From: Octopus vulgaris
Taxonomy: Eukaryota
Direction of reading: 5' to 3'
DNA: 64,000 bases
Assembly: GCA_951406725.2 (NCBI GenBank)
Contig: OX597814.1
Coordinates: 187,612,001-187,676,000 of the forward strand
A model generated the notes under the pieces. That model was not told the origin of the DNA. It did not search any database and was given only the letters and a program-made list of their open reading frames with translations. The first letter of the stretch is position 1, and each line of letters begins with the position of its first letter. This document shows positions 14,258 through 26,903 of the stretch, one piece after another. A program made the translations under genes and the position numbers.

Positions 14258-15217
14258 ATCTAGAGGCTCCTTTATTGGCTGTTTTGCTGATACTGCACAT
14301 GGTAGAAGTCATATATAAGCACTCCTTGACTACCATCAAGCACTCACCATCCTTCTCTTCAGCAAATCAGTTCCAATTTAATGAGTGGTAGTACCAAGAC
14401 AATAATAACAGACCTTGCATTTCATTTGAACATTATCATTACAGTATATAAACATGATGTAATGGCAGCTGTTCATGCCTGAAGATTATGAAGTAGAGTG
14501 ATAGGCATACATGCAGAATTGAAGCTGCAACTCCCAGTACCATTGAGTACCTGTTGTTTTCATCTCTTCTCCATCACTAGTCCCCACAAACCGATCCCAC
14601 TCTTTAAAATTGAAGGATAAGACAGCTGTAATGACCAGCAAGCAGTAGATTTTACAATGGAGAGGCCTTCTCCTAGGTGAATTGCCTTACATGGCTGGAG
14701 AGGCCACCTACCCTAATTAGAGTAGAGTAACATATAAATAAGAAGTCAATAAAAGCAATTTTAAAATGTAAAGGTGGTAAAGAAAATGTATTCAATATTT
14801 CAGTTTTAACAAACCCTAAACTAAAACTAAGCATTTTGAATTGAAAAGTGAACTGTAAACAATACAAAACCATTTTGTCATAATCAAAGGCTATATCTTC
14901 TAATTACATAGACTGTCTTGTCTTGGTCTCACTTATATTACCAACAACTGAGAACAACATTTACTCCAGCTTTGAGAAGTGTGTGTCAAAATGATTAGTA
15001 TAGTGATATGCATATGTGTGTGTGTGTTGGAAAACTTCAGTTTAAAGAAGTTATCTAGTAGACAAAAACTCCCTATAGAATGTTATACATCCCACAGCAA
15101 ACTCCTGTCAACCTAAGTTTTTCTATTCACTATGTAACAAACAATATGTGAAATGTTGAATATGCAGAATGCTTCCCAGTCATATCATTGATATTTACAA
15201 TCAACATCAATCCATTC

Positions 15218-15248
<31 letters not shown>

Positions 15249-17468
15249 GCTGATCACTCTTAACAGCACCCATTAAGGAGAATATGCAGTGCTAATAAAG
15301 TCTAATAAGGCTGAAATAAGCTTTTGCTTGCACCAGTTCTAAAGATTAGATCTGATACCATTAGTGCAATTTTTTTCTTTTAGAATTTCTAAAAACTAAA
15401 ATTCTAGTTGATTATATTGGAGCCATCAAGTTATTGTCTGTTGTTTTTTAGATATTAAAGACCACAATAGGGAGTTTAATCTACCAACTGCAGGGATAAA
15501 CCCAAGTAAATCGAAGTTCTTCAACTTACAATATTACATATGTGAGGCTACATTTGTATTTAGTATACAGAACACTAACCTGAGGTATTTTCATTCAGTT
15601 ATATTGCTGCAAGATTACTGAGCCTACCAGGGTTAGTAGTGGTCATTTATATAAATATGGAGCACACCATATTACATACTATATTTTCTGGAACACAATT
15701 CAAATTTCTAAAACCAGAATTTACAGCTGAAAAATGGACGGCCAGCTTATACACTTAGTCAACTATGGAGAACTAAAACTTCCCTGTGAAATGTAACAGG
15801 ATTTGGAAAGAAAGTGATGATGTTTAAATATTCACACTACACATTTATACTGATATGACATCAACTTGTATGCCAAAAATATGATACAGTTTGGTCTTGT
15901 TGATTAAGGTTAGGTCAACTCTGATCCAGTAGATATATGGTCAAGGCTTTTTCAGCACAACTATCTCATTTTTTATATTTAAGTGTCAGTCTAGTTAAAA
16001 ACACATTATTCAATGTATCCTTTATTTATTAAGATGGCAATGTGATTTGAGAGAAATTTATGTGCTATTTCTAGAATGTCCAAATAATCATGTTGAAGTT
16101 CGCTCTTTGGCTTGTGCCTTCTTTGTGAAATATGCAGGTGAAATTCTTATACTAATATTCTCCTTCTATAAGAAACATGCAATATTTTCAAAATGTGCAT
16201 TAATACAGATTCACACATTAGTTTGTTTTTTTTTTTATCAGAATCCAACAGGATTAGGATTACTTCACAATTTTCACCTAATAAAAATAGACAAAATAAT
16301 ACATTCATCTACCTCAATAGCAGATTGTATTTATTTCTATGTCCATTTCAAACTACCCTTTTTAACTCATGTTAAATTTTGGAATATGAAAAGCAATATA
16401 CAAAAATATGTGGTGAAGGAGTACCAGCAAGTAGTCATATAACACCCAGAGACAAAATGAATGCCTTGAAACCTAACAGAAAATGGATAAAAAGTAGTGG
16501 AAGGTGGAAGGAGAATCAACTCTTTACCAAAATATCTGCTACTTCAAAACCTATCACCAATGCAACTGGATCTGCTTTTTGGAGAAAATGACTGAAAATA
16601 CGCGCCATCTTGGGACTTTCTCCAAAGAGGTTACTTTTCAAAAAAAAAAAATTCCATGATTCTAACAGAATATACAGACTTTTAAACCAACCAACTGGAA
16701 ATACTGACAAATGTCTTAGAGTTTTTGCAATAGTAAATACTCTACTGAATACGTGAAAATGTAGTATGTTTTACTTTAGTAGCACCAACCATTAGATATA
16801 TGTATTTGGGAACACATAAACATAGCAATGTCATTTATTAAAAGAGCATTTCAACGGTGGATAGGATACAGAAGTAACATTTTCTATTAAGACCATTGGT
16901 GGAAACATCAGTAAATTACATATTAAAGAATATTTATTAGGTGTCTACAACCACAAATTTAACAATCTCCATAAGCTGCTCAATTGTAAACAAGTTTATT
17001 GCATGATTTGAACATCCCAGCCCACACATCATTGCTATGCTTCAGTTCAAAATTTTTCCATTTAAAATTAGGGCTTGTTAAAGCTGAAATATTGAATAAA
17101 TTGATCTTAGACCAACTTTGCATTGTTAATTAGCTTTTATTACCATCTTATTTCTATCATAATAATGGAGATGTTATAATGTAGGTGATGCACAGCATGC
17201 AGATGGAGACATGCATAAACTAAATTGATTACAGGGAAAGAATGAAGGTACGAGTTTGTGTGGGAAGGTAATAATATTGGTTATAATCTAAACAAATAAG
17301 TGGAAGTGTTATTTTAGAGTAACAGAATTTGATTGAGGCAGTTGATTGTGAAGTGATAACTATGGCAACCACTTTATACATATGCAAGATGTATAACAGT
17401 TGAGAAACAAAAGTTTTGAGATACAAAGCAGAATTATATATTTTTTTTTAAAGTGGCACTAAGAATAT

Positions 17469-17874
17469 TACTCTTTTACTTTTTTACTCTTTTACTTGTT
17501 TCAGTCATTTGACTGTGGCCATGCTGGAGCACTGCCTTTTAGTCGAGCAAATCGACCCCAGGACTTATTCTTTGTAAGCCTAGTACTTATTCTATCAGTC
17601 TCTTTCGCTGAACCACTAAGTTACGGGGACGTAAACACACCAGCATCAGTTGTCAAGCGATGTTGGGGGGACAAACACACACAAACACACACACCCGCCC
17701 ACACATATATACGATGTGCTTATTTCAGTTTCTGTCAACCAGATCCACTCACAAGGCTTTAGTCGGCCCGAGGCTAAAGTAGAAGACACTTGCCCAAGGT
17801 GCCACACAGTGGAACTGAACCCGGAACCATGTGGTTAGTAAGCAAGCTACTTACCACACAGTCACTCCTACGCC
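17469..17874 (-). mobile_element. tRNA-derived SINE, family A (full length)
   Basis: High similarity to 13824-14198 and 43948-44292; repeated (gtaaaaga) tail. Confidence 0.9.
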
Positions 17875-18964
17875 TATTGTTAGCTTTACAGAAGAATTTA
17901 TTGACTGTACTAGAAAACAAAAGAAATGAACATGTATGCATTTAAAGAGGATCTCACCAATACACAAGGAATAGTGAAAACCCAAAGATCTGGTAGCTAT
18001 GTGACACTAACTGATTTTCATTTCAATAACCGACTACAGTAAACTAGTCTAACTGGTTATTTATTAAGTTGAAACAGAAAGAGAAAATATGACTTTTCTG
18101 ATAAGACAGATGATTATAAACAACAAACACTTACTGCTCTTGAGTAATAAGTCCCAACATAATACACTTCTCTTCAATAGCATGTGGATTTCTCTTCAAT
18201 TATGATTTGAATAACTTTAAGGTCATTCACCTTCTAAGCATAAACAGTTGGCATAGCTCATATTTTTGCTTCTCTCTTAACTAACTATAACTAATAGCTA
18301 CCTTTCCACTCAGTTTCTAGATTCTCAGCCATCTTTCCATGGAAGTGATTAATAGATTAATGGTTTTCATGTTGAACTTTAAGGTGAAAATAAAACCCCA
18401 GAGAACCACAGTTGGGATATAGAAGGAGTGTTGAGAAAGATGCTGAAGATTGACTCAGTTATGGCTAGCTTTACGTAGAACAAGTTCCATACAAAAACAA
18501 ATAAAGACCTTTTGGAGATATTCTTAACATAATACTATAAGCTACTGACCAGTTATAAGTTGAAAAGAAACCCAAACAAACATCCAATAATGGTGAAATT
18601 GTGAATCAGTTAAAAACAGATGAGTGACTATCATTGAAGAAGTGAGAGAAGCTAGACACCAGGTAGAAAGTAGCTATTAGTTTATACTCTTAGCTAAGAG
18701 ATAAGCAGAAAATAGGAAGTATGCCAAACTTTTATACTAGGAGAATGAGTGGCTTAAAATTATTCAATTCATGAGACAATATTTAGGATAATCAGTATAG
18801 TAATGAAAAGAAATGTTTCCATAGCTGTTCACAAATCATTACATTACATATAACACCTAAGGTTTATCTCTAAATACTAAAATCTTAATATATATATATA
18901 TGTGTGTGTGTGTTTGTGTATTTGTTTTGCAAAATTCCTGATGCGAAATTGTGTTTTGAAACAG

Positions 18965-19118
18965 ATATTATTATATTTGGGGATGGTCATTTTTTTTGCC
19001 AATTAACCACATGCACCATACACTTGGTCTTCACTTCAGCTTAGTGAAGCTGAAGCAAAGACCAAGTATATAGTGTGTGCTGTTAATTGGCAAAAAAAAT
19101 ATGACCATCCCCAAATAT

Positions 19119-19126
<8 letters not shown>
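18965..19126. repeat. Fold-back, ~78 bp arms with 4 nt loop, inside a TA-flanked repeat
   Basis: atattattatatttggggatggtcat...cttggtcttcacttcagctt-agtg-aagctgaagcaaagaccaag...atgaccatccccaaatataataatat; the upstream part recurs at 42166-42220. Confidence 0.85.
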
Positions 19127-19157
<31 letters not shown>

Positions 19158-19435
19158 CATACACAGTTGTTTCCGCCCACTGAAACACTACTGCTACACT
19201 GGAGTTTCAAGTTAAGAATGAGTTATCCATCTCCTCTCCACAATTAATAAGCTAATTTCTACAGTATATTGGGAAGTATTTATTGTGCCAGACCTTCCAA
19301 TAAATAGTGAAACCAGAAACTAAAGTCTGCATGCAATTAATTCAGCTTCTTGTTTTAAATACACCTAGAAAGTGCTGGGGTTGATTTAACTGACTAACCT
19401 CACTCACTTTTTTTCTTTTTTTCTGGAGGAATACC

Positions 19436-19661
19436 TATTTCTTTACTACCCACAAGGGGCTAAACACAGAGGGGACAAACAGGGACAGACACACGGATTA
19501 AGTCGATTACATCGACCCCAGTGCGTAACTGGTACTTAATTTATCGACCCCAAAAGGATGAAAGTCGACCTCGGCGGAATTTGAACTCAGAATGTAACGG
19601 CAGACGAAATACGGCTACGCATTTCGCCCGGCGTGCTAACGATTCTGCCAGCTCGACACCT
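19436..19661 (-). mobile_element. tRNA-derived SINE, family B
   Basis: Reverse complement of the 2395-2606 and 46542-46759 element. Confidence 0.9.
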
Positions 19662-20940
19662 TTATGGAATACCATAAAGATATTTTGAAAGTGAGGGATC
19701 ACCTACCTCAACTAATTAATGAGCTTTACTTCAAAATGCGAACATTTTAGATTCATATCTTCATATAGGATTTCTCAAATTCCCATATTCAATTCTATAT
19801 TTTTAATTTTAATAATTTAAATATTAAAATAATTTTTCAATTTTATCTCATCTTAACTCTATCTTAAGAAAAAAATATATCACCTTATCTTATCTCTATC
19901 TTTAAAAGCAGAAGAAAAAAAATCAATAGTAACAGCAGCAGAGCAATCATAATAATAATTAATTACAAATGTATAACAATTAATAACAAATGTACAAGGC
20001 ATCACATATTTAACATGACATTAATAAATAAATCTGTTAATGTTATCAGTATCCTTTCCTAATGATGTTGCATTTAAGATGTAATAAAATAATTATATTA
20101 AATAAATCCTACAAAGTTAATTTCATGTGAATCATTATTTATTTACATTATTTTTCAAAGAAAATATGAAAGTAGTACTTCAAATGAAGTTGATAGAAAA
20201 TAAACAGATCAGTAGTACTTAATATCAAACAAGTAAATAGATATTATGATAGCCAATTAATATGCGAGTTTCTCTGTGACAGCATCTCATCAAATATCTA
20301 CAACTGAATTTAAACGTAATTAACACTTTCAACATGCTGGAGAATGCCATTACGGCTTACTAAGTAACAATTAATATCCTCTAGTAAACACCAATCAGAG
20401 ATAAGTTTGTAGCAAGCCGGTTTCAATTTATACCTGGCCCCACTGCACTTGTCAGCAAAGTCACATTTAACCCTATGAAAAATAAACCAATTTCCTGCAA
20501 AATGACAACTTTTATTACAAATTACCAAGGCACTGTTTATGTCTTATCATCGTTATCATCATCATCATCATAGTTTTGCATGGATCAGATAGAATTTATT
20601 GAAGTAGATTTTCTACAACCGGATGCCTTTCCTGTTGCAACCTTCATCTGTTTCCAAGCAAGGTAAAGACTTCCTTGTAACCAAACATATTTTCATGGAA
20701 GATTGCAAATGGTGGACATTGCTTGTATGATGGTTAATGCTTGCTTACAAATAATGTGCCATGTCCAAACAAGGAGACAGAGATACAAACACACATGAGT
20801 ACACATGTTTATGTAGTCTTAACACAAAACTAAAAGACTAGTCAGTTAAATACTTGTTTCTTATCAACCATCACCTTATAAATTTATTCAGTAAAAAAAG
20901 GCAGCTGGACAATCTTAAGCAAACACTTAGTGATTTGTTT

Positions 20941-21155
<215 letters not shown>

Positions 21156-21754
21156 CTTATAAGAACTTATCAATTAGATATAAATCTTGTAAGCAAACAA
21201 ATCAAATGCAAACATCATTGAACATGCAATAAGATGGAAATAAGATTACACACATGCATACATACACATGTGTATGTTAGACAGATCATATGAGGCAGTA
21301 AGTTGCAGAAATGCTACCAGTGCAAGCAGATTACCTAATAGTATTTAGTTTACATCCTTTGATATTCCAAGTTCTAATATTCCTAAAGTCAATCTTGTCT
21401 TCAGCATTGATAAAATAAGTATCAGTAATGCTTTAGGTGAAACACCATAATTATGCCTCTTCTATACATCTGACAAAGTTAGGAATCAGAATAGGTAGTA
21501 TGTAAGTACTGTCTCAGGTCCTAGGGCTCACAGGACTGGTTACTTAGTTTCCAATGTGTAATTAGTGACCATGGTCACAACATTTACAGTTGAAAGGACA
21601 GGAGCAATGTGAAATGAAGAACTTTGCTCACAAACACAAAATACTGCTTGGTCCAGGAATTCAAATCACAACCTTGCGACTGTCGAGTGTAACACCTCAA
21701 CCACAAGGTCACATATCTTCACAGAATATATAATCTTCAATATTTTGTTATGCT

Positions 21755-21970
21755 AAGGTGGCAAGCTGGCAAAATTATAAAGATGCTGGGGAAAATGCTT
21801 AGCAGCATTTCGTCTGTCTTCACATTTCCGAGTTCAAATTTCACCAAGGTCAACTTTACCGTTCATCCTTCCAAGGTTGATAAAATAAGTACTGGTTGAG
21901 TACTGGGGTTGATGTAAGTAACTTACCCTTTCCCTCAAAGTTGCTGGCCTTGTGTCAAAATTTGAAAGCA
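21755..21970 (+). mobile_element. SINE family B2 with TSD
   Basis: aaggtggcaagctggc head, gagttcaaatt, tail ggccttgtgtcaaaatttgaaag; flanks caatattttgttatgct and caatatttagttaagct. Confidence 0.8.
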
Positions 21971-22663
21971 ATATTTAGTTAAGCTTCTTTACAGTTTGAA
22001 TTCAAATCCTGTTTGATTTTACATTTCATCTTCACAGGGTCAATGAAACAATGACAGTGCCTTTCTCAGAAATGCATGGCCTGGCATATATCTATATTAT
22101 TTTAACAGATAAGTGCCACCTAAGAAGGGACTCAATGATATTACTTGAGAGTGGATTTGAGTCTGAAAGTCAGGAAATCACTCAACAGTAATACAGTGTT
22201 CCTACTGCTTGCAGCAGTGGTCTCTGCTGTAACTTTATCATGACTTTCTATGGTTAGTGCTGGTTGCTTTTTGTTTTTGTTTTTTTCCTTTCTTTTTTGG
22301 CTTTTATTTGGAGAGGGTGAGATCTATAGGGGCATTGTAATAAGAAACAAGAGTTCTGTTGAATGGCACAGCACAGTTGACTCATCAGTCAGTGACCAGA
22401 TATTTTATGGACTCTGTTAACTGTAACCTCACATTAGAAAAGAAATACATTTTTCTATGAAGCTATTTAAGGAAAATGGGTCTACGATCCACATCCACGG
22501 GAATTGAATAGATGTGTTAACATTATGGACTTAAGTGGAAAACAAATAAGAAGACTCTTCAAAGGAAAAGTGAAGTAGAGTGTAAGTTGATATTTACTAG
22601 AAACCAAACAAACATAATTGAACTGATAGCTCTTGTCCAAAGAAATAATAAAATTAAAGGCAC

Positions 22664-22730
22664 ACTTACCAACTAGTGTATTACATTACAAATTTATTTT
22701 ACTTACCTGCAAAAGAAAGAAAATTTTAAT
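22664..22730 (-). other. Candidate recursive splice site (AG|GT ratchet point) with a 37 nt cryptic RS-exon
   Basis: Minus strand aaaattttctttcttttgcag|GTAAGT (junction 22707/22706), long AG-free upstream zone, second donor TTG|GTAAGT at 22670/22669. Confidence 0.6.
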
Positions 22731-22843
22731 TTTATAATGTTTTCAGGAATAAACAACACAATACTATTAAAAATACATATAATGAAAATAAATTTTCAAC
22801 TTTCACAAAGTATTAATATATTTTAAACATTTGTGTGTGGGTG

Positions 22844-22946
<103 letters not shown>

Positions 22947-23643
22947 AGTTAGTGAAATAGCCAATGCACATGTCCTTTCCATATCTTTAAATTCATGTAG
23001 CTGGAGGTAACATATGAGAGAGGAAGTAGGAAAGGGTAAAGTCTTTACTTGGTGCAGGGTCTGGAGAGAATGAAGACACTATGGGAGTGAAGAGAAGAGA
23101 GAAGAGCAAAGATGAGAGAGAGAGAGAGAGAGAGAGAGCATGCATGTTTGCACACATGTGCACAGGTGTTGGTGGTGCAGCAGTAGCAGCAAATGAGACT
23201 ACTAAAAAACAGAAGCTTTGGGTATAATAAAACGAAATAAATAAATTATCTAGAACTGAACCACATACTGTTTGGTGACAACTAAGTGTGCAGATCACTA
23301 CAATTCGTGTAGCAACCCCCCTTTTCTTTTTTCCATTCATTCATTCATAAGATTAACCAATTAAAAATATAAAATTCTTTCTCCCTTTCTTTACCATACA
23401 TCCAAACAACGACACACACACACACACACAATCCTTAGATTTCTATCCAAAGAAATTATTTGGTGACCTTTATAGTTGAAGAAGAATTTACGCTTTTTTT
23501 TTTTTAAGTATAAAAAAATTCTTTCTTCCTCAATGACTGAAAAATTCAAATGTTAATAATTTCACAAGATTTTCTATATGTGTGTGTGTGTGCTGCAGCA
23601 TGACTGCAGCTGCAAGGCTGAAATGAGTAAAAGAATAAAAGAA

Positions 23644-23684
<41 letters not shown>

Positions 23685-23945
23685 AATATTTTATAATTAT
23701 AAATATAATTATAATTAGGGTTCAGCTAATTGCTTCACCACATACCGAATTTAGAAATAGGAGTTAAAATTCCTTTTCTACTACTGTAAGAATCTCCATG
23801 ACAGTAACATACCTTTTTACGTAGGCAAAGAGAGAAAAACAATGAATCAACACAACCAGGATTAACTACATACGCGTTTCGAGATTAAAGTGTTTAAAAA
23901 TTTATTTACTTCTCTCTTCAGTGTAGTATTTAATTTAAAATTATG
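23685..23945 (-). mobile_element. Penelope-like terminal-repeat fragment carrying a hammerhead, between (TA)n tracts
   Basis: Contains the 23865-23927 motif; bounded by (TA)n at ~23650-23682 and (TG)/(TA)n at ~23945-24020. Confidence 0.55.
23865..23927 (-). ncRNA. Type I hammerhead ribozyme motif, intact core
   Basis: Minus strand ACUACA-CUGAAGA-GAGA(26 nt AU-rich loop)UCUC-GAAA-CGC-GUA-UGUAGU: 6 bp stem I, 4 bp stem II, palindromic ACGCGU helix III, GUA cleavage triplet. Confidence 0.8.
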
Positions 23946-23953
23946 TGTATGTA

Positions 23954-24020
<67 letters not shown>

Positions 24021-24024
<4 letters not shown>

Positions 24025-24200
24025 GAAATTTACAGAAAACAAAAAACGAAGACAGGTGTATAAACAACAAGGAGGTGTATTAGTTTGATGCTCAGGAAGG
24101 TGAGAATTTTCCGTTTCAAGCCTACGCACTTCAACAGAAAGGAACAAGAGAAAATAAGAAGAGAGAAAATAAAAAAAAAACTTATGGATTTAGCGGATGT
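24021..24200 (-). mobile_element. TA-inserted small element with degenerate hammerhead (same family as 57885-58070)
   Basis: Minus strand cttt-ctgttga-a-gtgc-gtag-gctt-gaaacgga, then cctgagcatcaaactaatacacc...cacctgtcttcg, ending in (TA)n. Confidence 0.7.
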
Positions 24201-24755
24201 TTCCTGGGGCTAAATAGCAATAGCATTCATCCTAACCAGGACTGCCATGATATGCTGGCAAATAAACATTACTCTAGAGGACTGTTACAGAATGTTGCTC
24301 GTTGAGAGATTAACAAAGAGAAATTTTCTATTTGATATATTATGCAAAAGTGTTGTAAATCCAAAGCGTTGCTTTTTCAGAAAATGAAAAATTTGTTTCA
24401 CCATTCCATTCTTTTTACTTTAGCAACAGTTTCAGATTAACAATAACACTTTGTTGGGTGTATAAAATCATAACTCTATGCATGTACGATATTTTCAGTC
24501 AGAAATATTTTTGCAAAACTGTTGTATGTGGGACTTACTACACTTTCGAAAAATGCTCAACCGTTGTATTACACTTTGACAATTTTCATCTGAAGCAGCT
24601 GGAGATATAATAGTTTGACCAACAGAACCGGCTATTGCAAGCAAAATTAAATATTGAAAAAGGCGCATTTGACCAAATTTGGACACATGACAGTTAAACA
24701 TAATAGCAATGATACACACACATACACACATATATATATATACACACACATACAC

Positions 24756-24786
<31 letters not shown>

Positions 24787-24789
24787 TAG

Positions 24790-25212
24790 ATGCAGGAATG
24801 GCTGTGTGGTAAGAAACTTGCTTCCCAACCACATGGTTCTGGGTTCAGCCTCCCTGCATGGCACCTTTGGCAAGTGTCTTCTACTATAACCTCAGGCCAA
24901 TCAAAGCCTTGTCAGTGGATCTGGTAGACAGAAACTGAAAGAAGCCTGTCGTGTGTGTGTGTATATGTATATATATGTGTGTGTGTGTGCGTGTGTGTGT
25001 GTATTTATATGCATTTGTGTGTCTGTGTTTGTTTCCCCACCATCGCTTGACAGCCAATGTTGGTGTGTTCTCATGTCCCTTAACTTAGCGGCTTGGCAAA
25101 AGCGACCAATAGACTAAATACTAGGCTTACAAAGACTAAATCCTGTGGTCAATTTGTTCAACTAAAAGGTGGTGTTCCAGCATGGCCACAGTCAAATGAC
25201 TGAAGCAAGAAA
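24790..25212 (+). mobile_element. tRNA-derived SINE, family A
   Basis: gcaggaatggctgtgtggtaag head, internal (TG)/(TA) tract, tail ccagcatggccacagtcaaatgactgaagcaag. Confidence 0.85.
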
Positions 25213-25787
25213 GTAACAAAGATGTCCAGGTATTAGTGCATTATGGCCGTTTCAAGCAGCTCCATTTAATCGATCAATGCAAGCATTACATCAATTTGCA
25301 ATAACCCACTTTCCTTGGATGCGTAAGACCATATAGGTTTTCAACATTCAGGATACTTCATTATAATTTTTTAGCAAATTTTCATCAAAACTAGAGAATA
25401 CAAGAATTACATGCTTATTGCTATTATTGTAGCAGAATGAACTTAGGGAGAAAGTACCCAAAGCCTACTATAATTTGGAGTGGCAGAAGATAACAATGGA
25501 GGTCTCAAGATATGGTAATATAGCTACATTTAGTTTTCCCCTTATCACAATCAAAAGATCCACTGCTACAATAATAGCAATAGGCATGTAATTCTTTTAT
25601 TCTCTAGTTCTGATGAAAAATTTGCTAAAAAAATTATAATGGAGTATCTTGTATGCTGAAAACCTATATGGTCTCATGCACCTGGGGAAAGCAAGTTATT
25701 TCAAATTGATGTAATGCATGTATTGATTGATTAAATGGAGCCGCTTGAAACGGCCATTGTGCATTAATACCTGGACATCTTTGTTAC
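25213..25787. mobile_element. Long-TIR fold-back MITE (arms 25213-25435 and 25563-25787)
   Basis: gtaacaaagatgtccaggtatt...ttgtagcag and ctgctacaa...aatacctggacatctttgttac are reverse complements over ~220 bp with scattered mismatches; ~127 bp spacer. Confidence 0.85.
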
Positions 25788-26073
25788 AGCTGTAGAAACA
25801 ATTACAAATCTCATCTGAATTGAAGAAGACATATCAGATATTTTATTTCAAATTTAATTCAAATATAACTTTTTTTAAAAAATGCATTTTGAATGTGTGT
25901 ATATATACATCATGAAGCCCAGTTACAACTACAGCCGGCTATTACCAGTAAAGGTTTTAGTTGCCAATTTTGTACAAGACATTGTAGATCTTTAAAAAAA
26001 GTCACATTCGATCACAGCACCAGTAACAGTTAAGCTTCGTGCAATGGCCATACTCAATAACGAGGGGGCAGCC

Positions 26074-26124
<51 letters not shown>

Positions 26125-26126
<2 letters not shown>

Positions 26127-26593
26127 CCGCGGCCTGACCTGGATTTATTCCAACAGACCTTTTTGTCGGCCCCCACCAACCCCCGATTTCAACGTACATT
26201 GATAAACATTTTACCCATGGGCTCTTAAGGAGCGTCCTCGTTCGAATTGCTCTGCTGCGCCTTTGTTTTGTTTTGTTCTGACAACGTAATTCCTGGTTTT
26301 TCCTGAAGAGAAAGCTGCAATATGGTATCCTTATTTAATCAGAATTTGGAAAATTGTGGCCTTTGAAACATGTGTAGAATGTAATAAAAGAAATTCTGTA
26401 CAATCTTCGTTCAACTCCATTTCTTCCATTCACTAATTATATTAAACTTCAATTATCCGCGCCAACGCACGGTTGCAACACCATATGGTCATATCTCCAA
26501 CCGTGTTTTTTCTGCTGTGATTTTTGCTACCCAGGTATCGGTTAAATTTTTGAATAATCCGTAACAAGATAATTCATCTTTCCATTTCAACAA
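26125..26593 (+). mobile_element. TA-flanked element with a degenerate hammerhead-like motif (Penelope-like)
   Basis: ctgaaga-gaaagctgcaat...attgtggccttt-gaaacatgtgta at ~26303-26377, followed by aataaa; (TA)n on both sides. Confidence 0.5.
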
Positions 26594-26609
26594 ATATATA
26601 TATATATAT

Positions 26610-26804
26610 TGTTAATCCAAACATGAACAAACAAGAAAAAACAACAACGCAAGGACGTGGAATAAGTACAGTGTTATTGAACGCTCAGGAAAGGAAAGAA
26701 GAGAAAGGATCTCACGTTTCAAGCAGAGCTCTTCGTCAGAAATATAGAAAAAGTCCAAAGAAGGGAAGATGGAGAAAGAAAATCGCCAACGGTCACATAT
26801 TGAA

Positions 26805-26805
<1 letters not shown>
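26610..26805 (-). mobile_element. TA-inserted small element with hammerhead motif
   Basis: Minus strand attt-CTGACGA-a-gagc-tct-gctt-GAAA-cgtg-agat (26709-26743), then cctgagcgttcaataacact as in 57885-58070. Confidence 0.7.

Positions 26806-26903
<98 letters not shown>

Larger units (their letters stand above)
13430..14280 (-). mobile_element. Old repeat/SINE family F, interrupted by a hAT MITE
   Basis: gagatttggcttctatttctagtaggttgagcaacc [insertion 13644-14257] tagaggctcc; related copies at about 7024-7110, 15890-16110, 36180-36300, 39700-39900, 44410-44570 and 54885-55090. Confidence 0.6.

Noticed and set aside
16047-16710. Cluster of overlapping ORFs
   Set aside because: Low-complexity AT-rich translations on both strands, no recognisable domain, partly overlapping a family F repeat.
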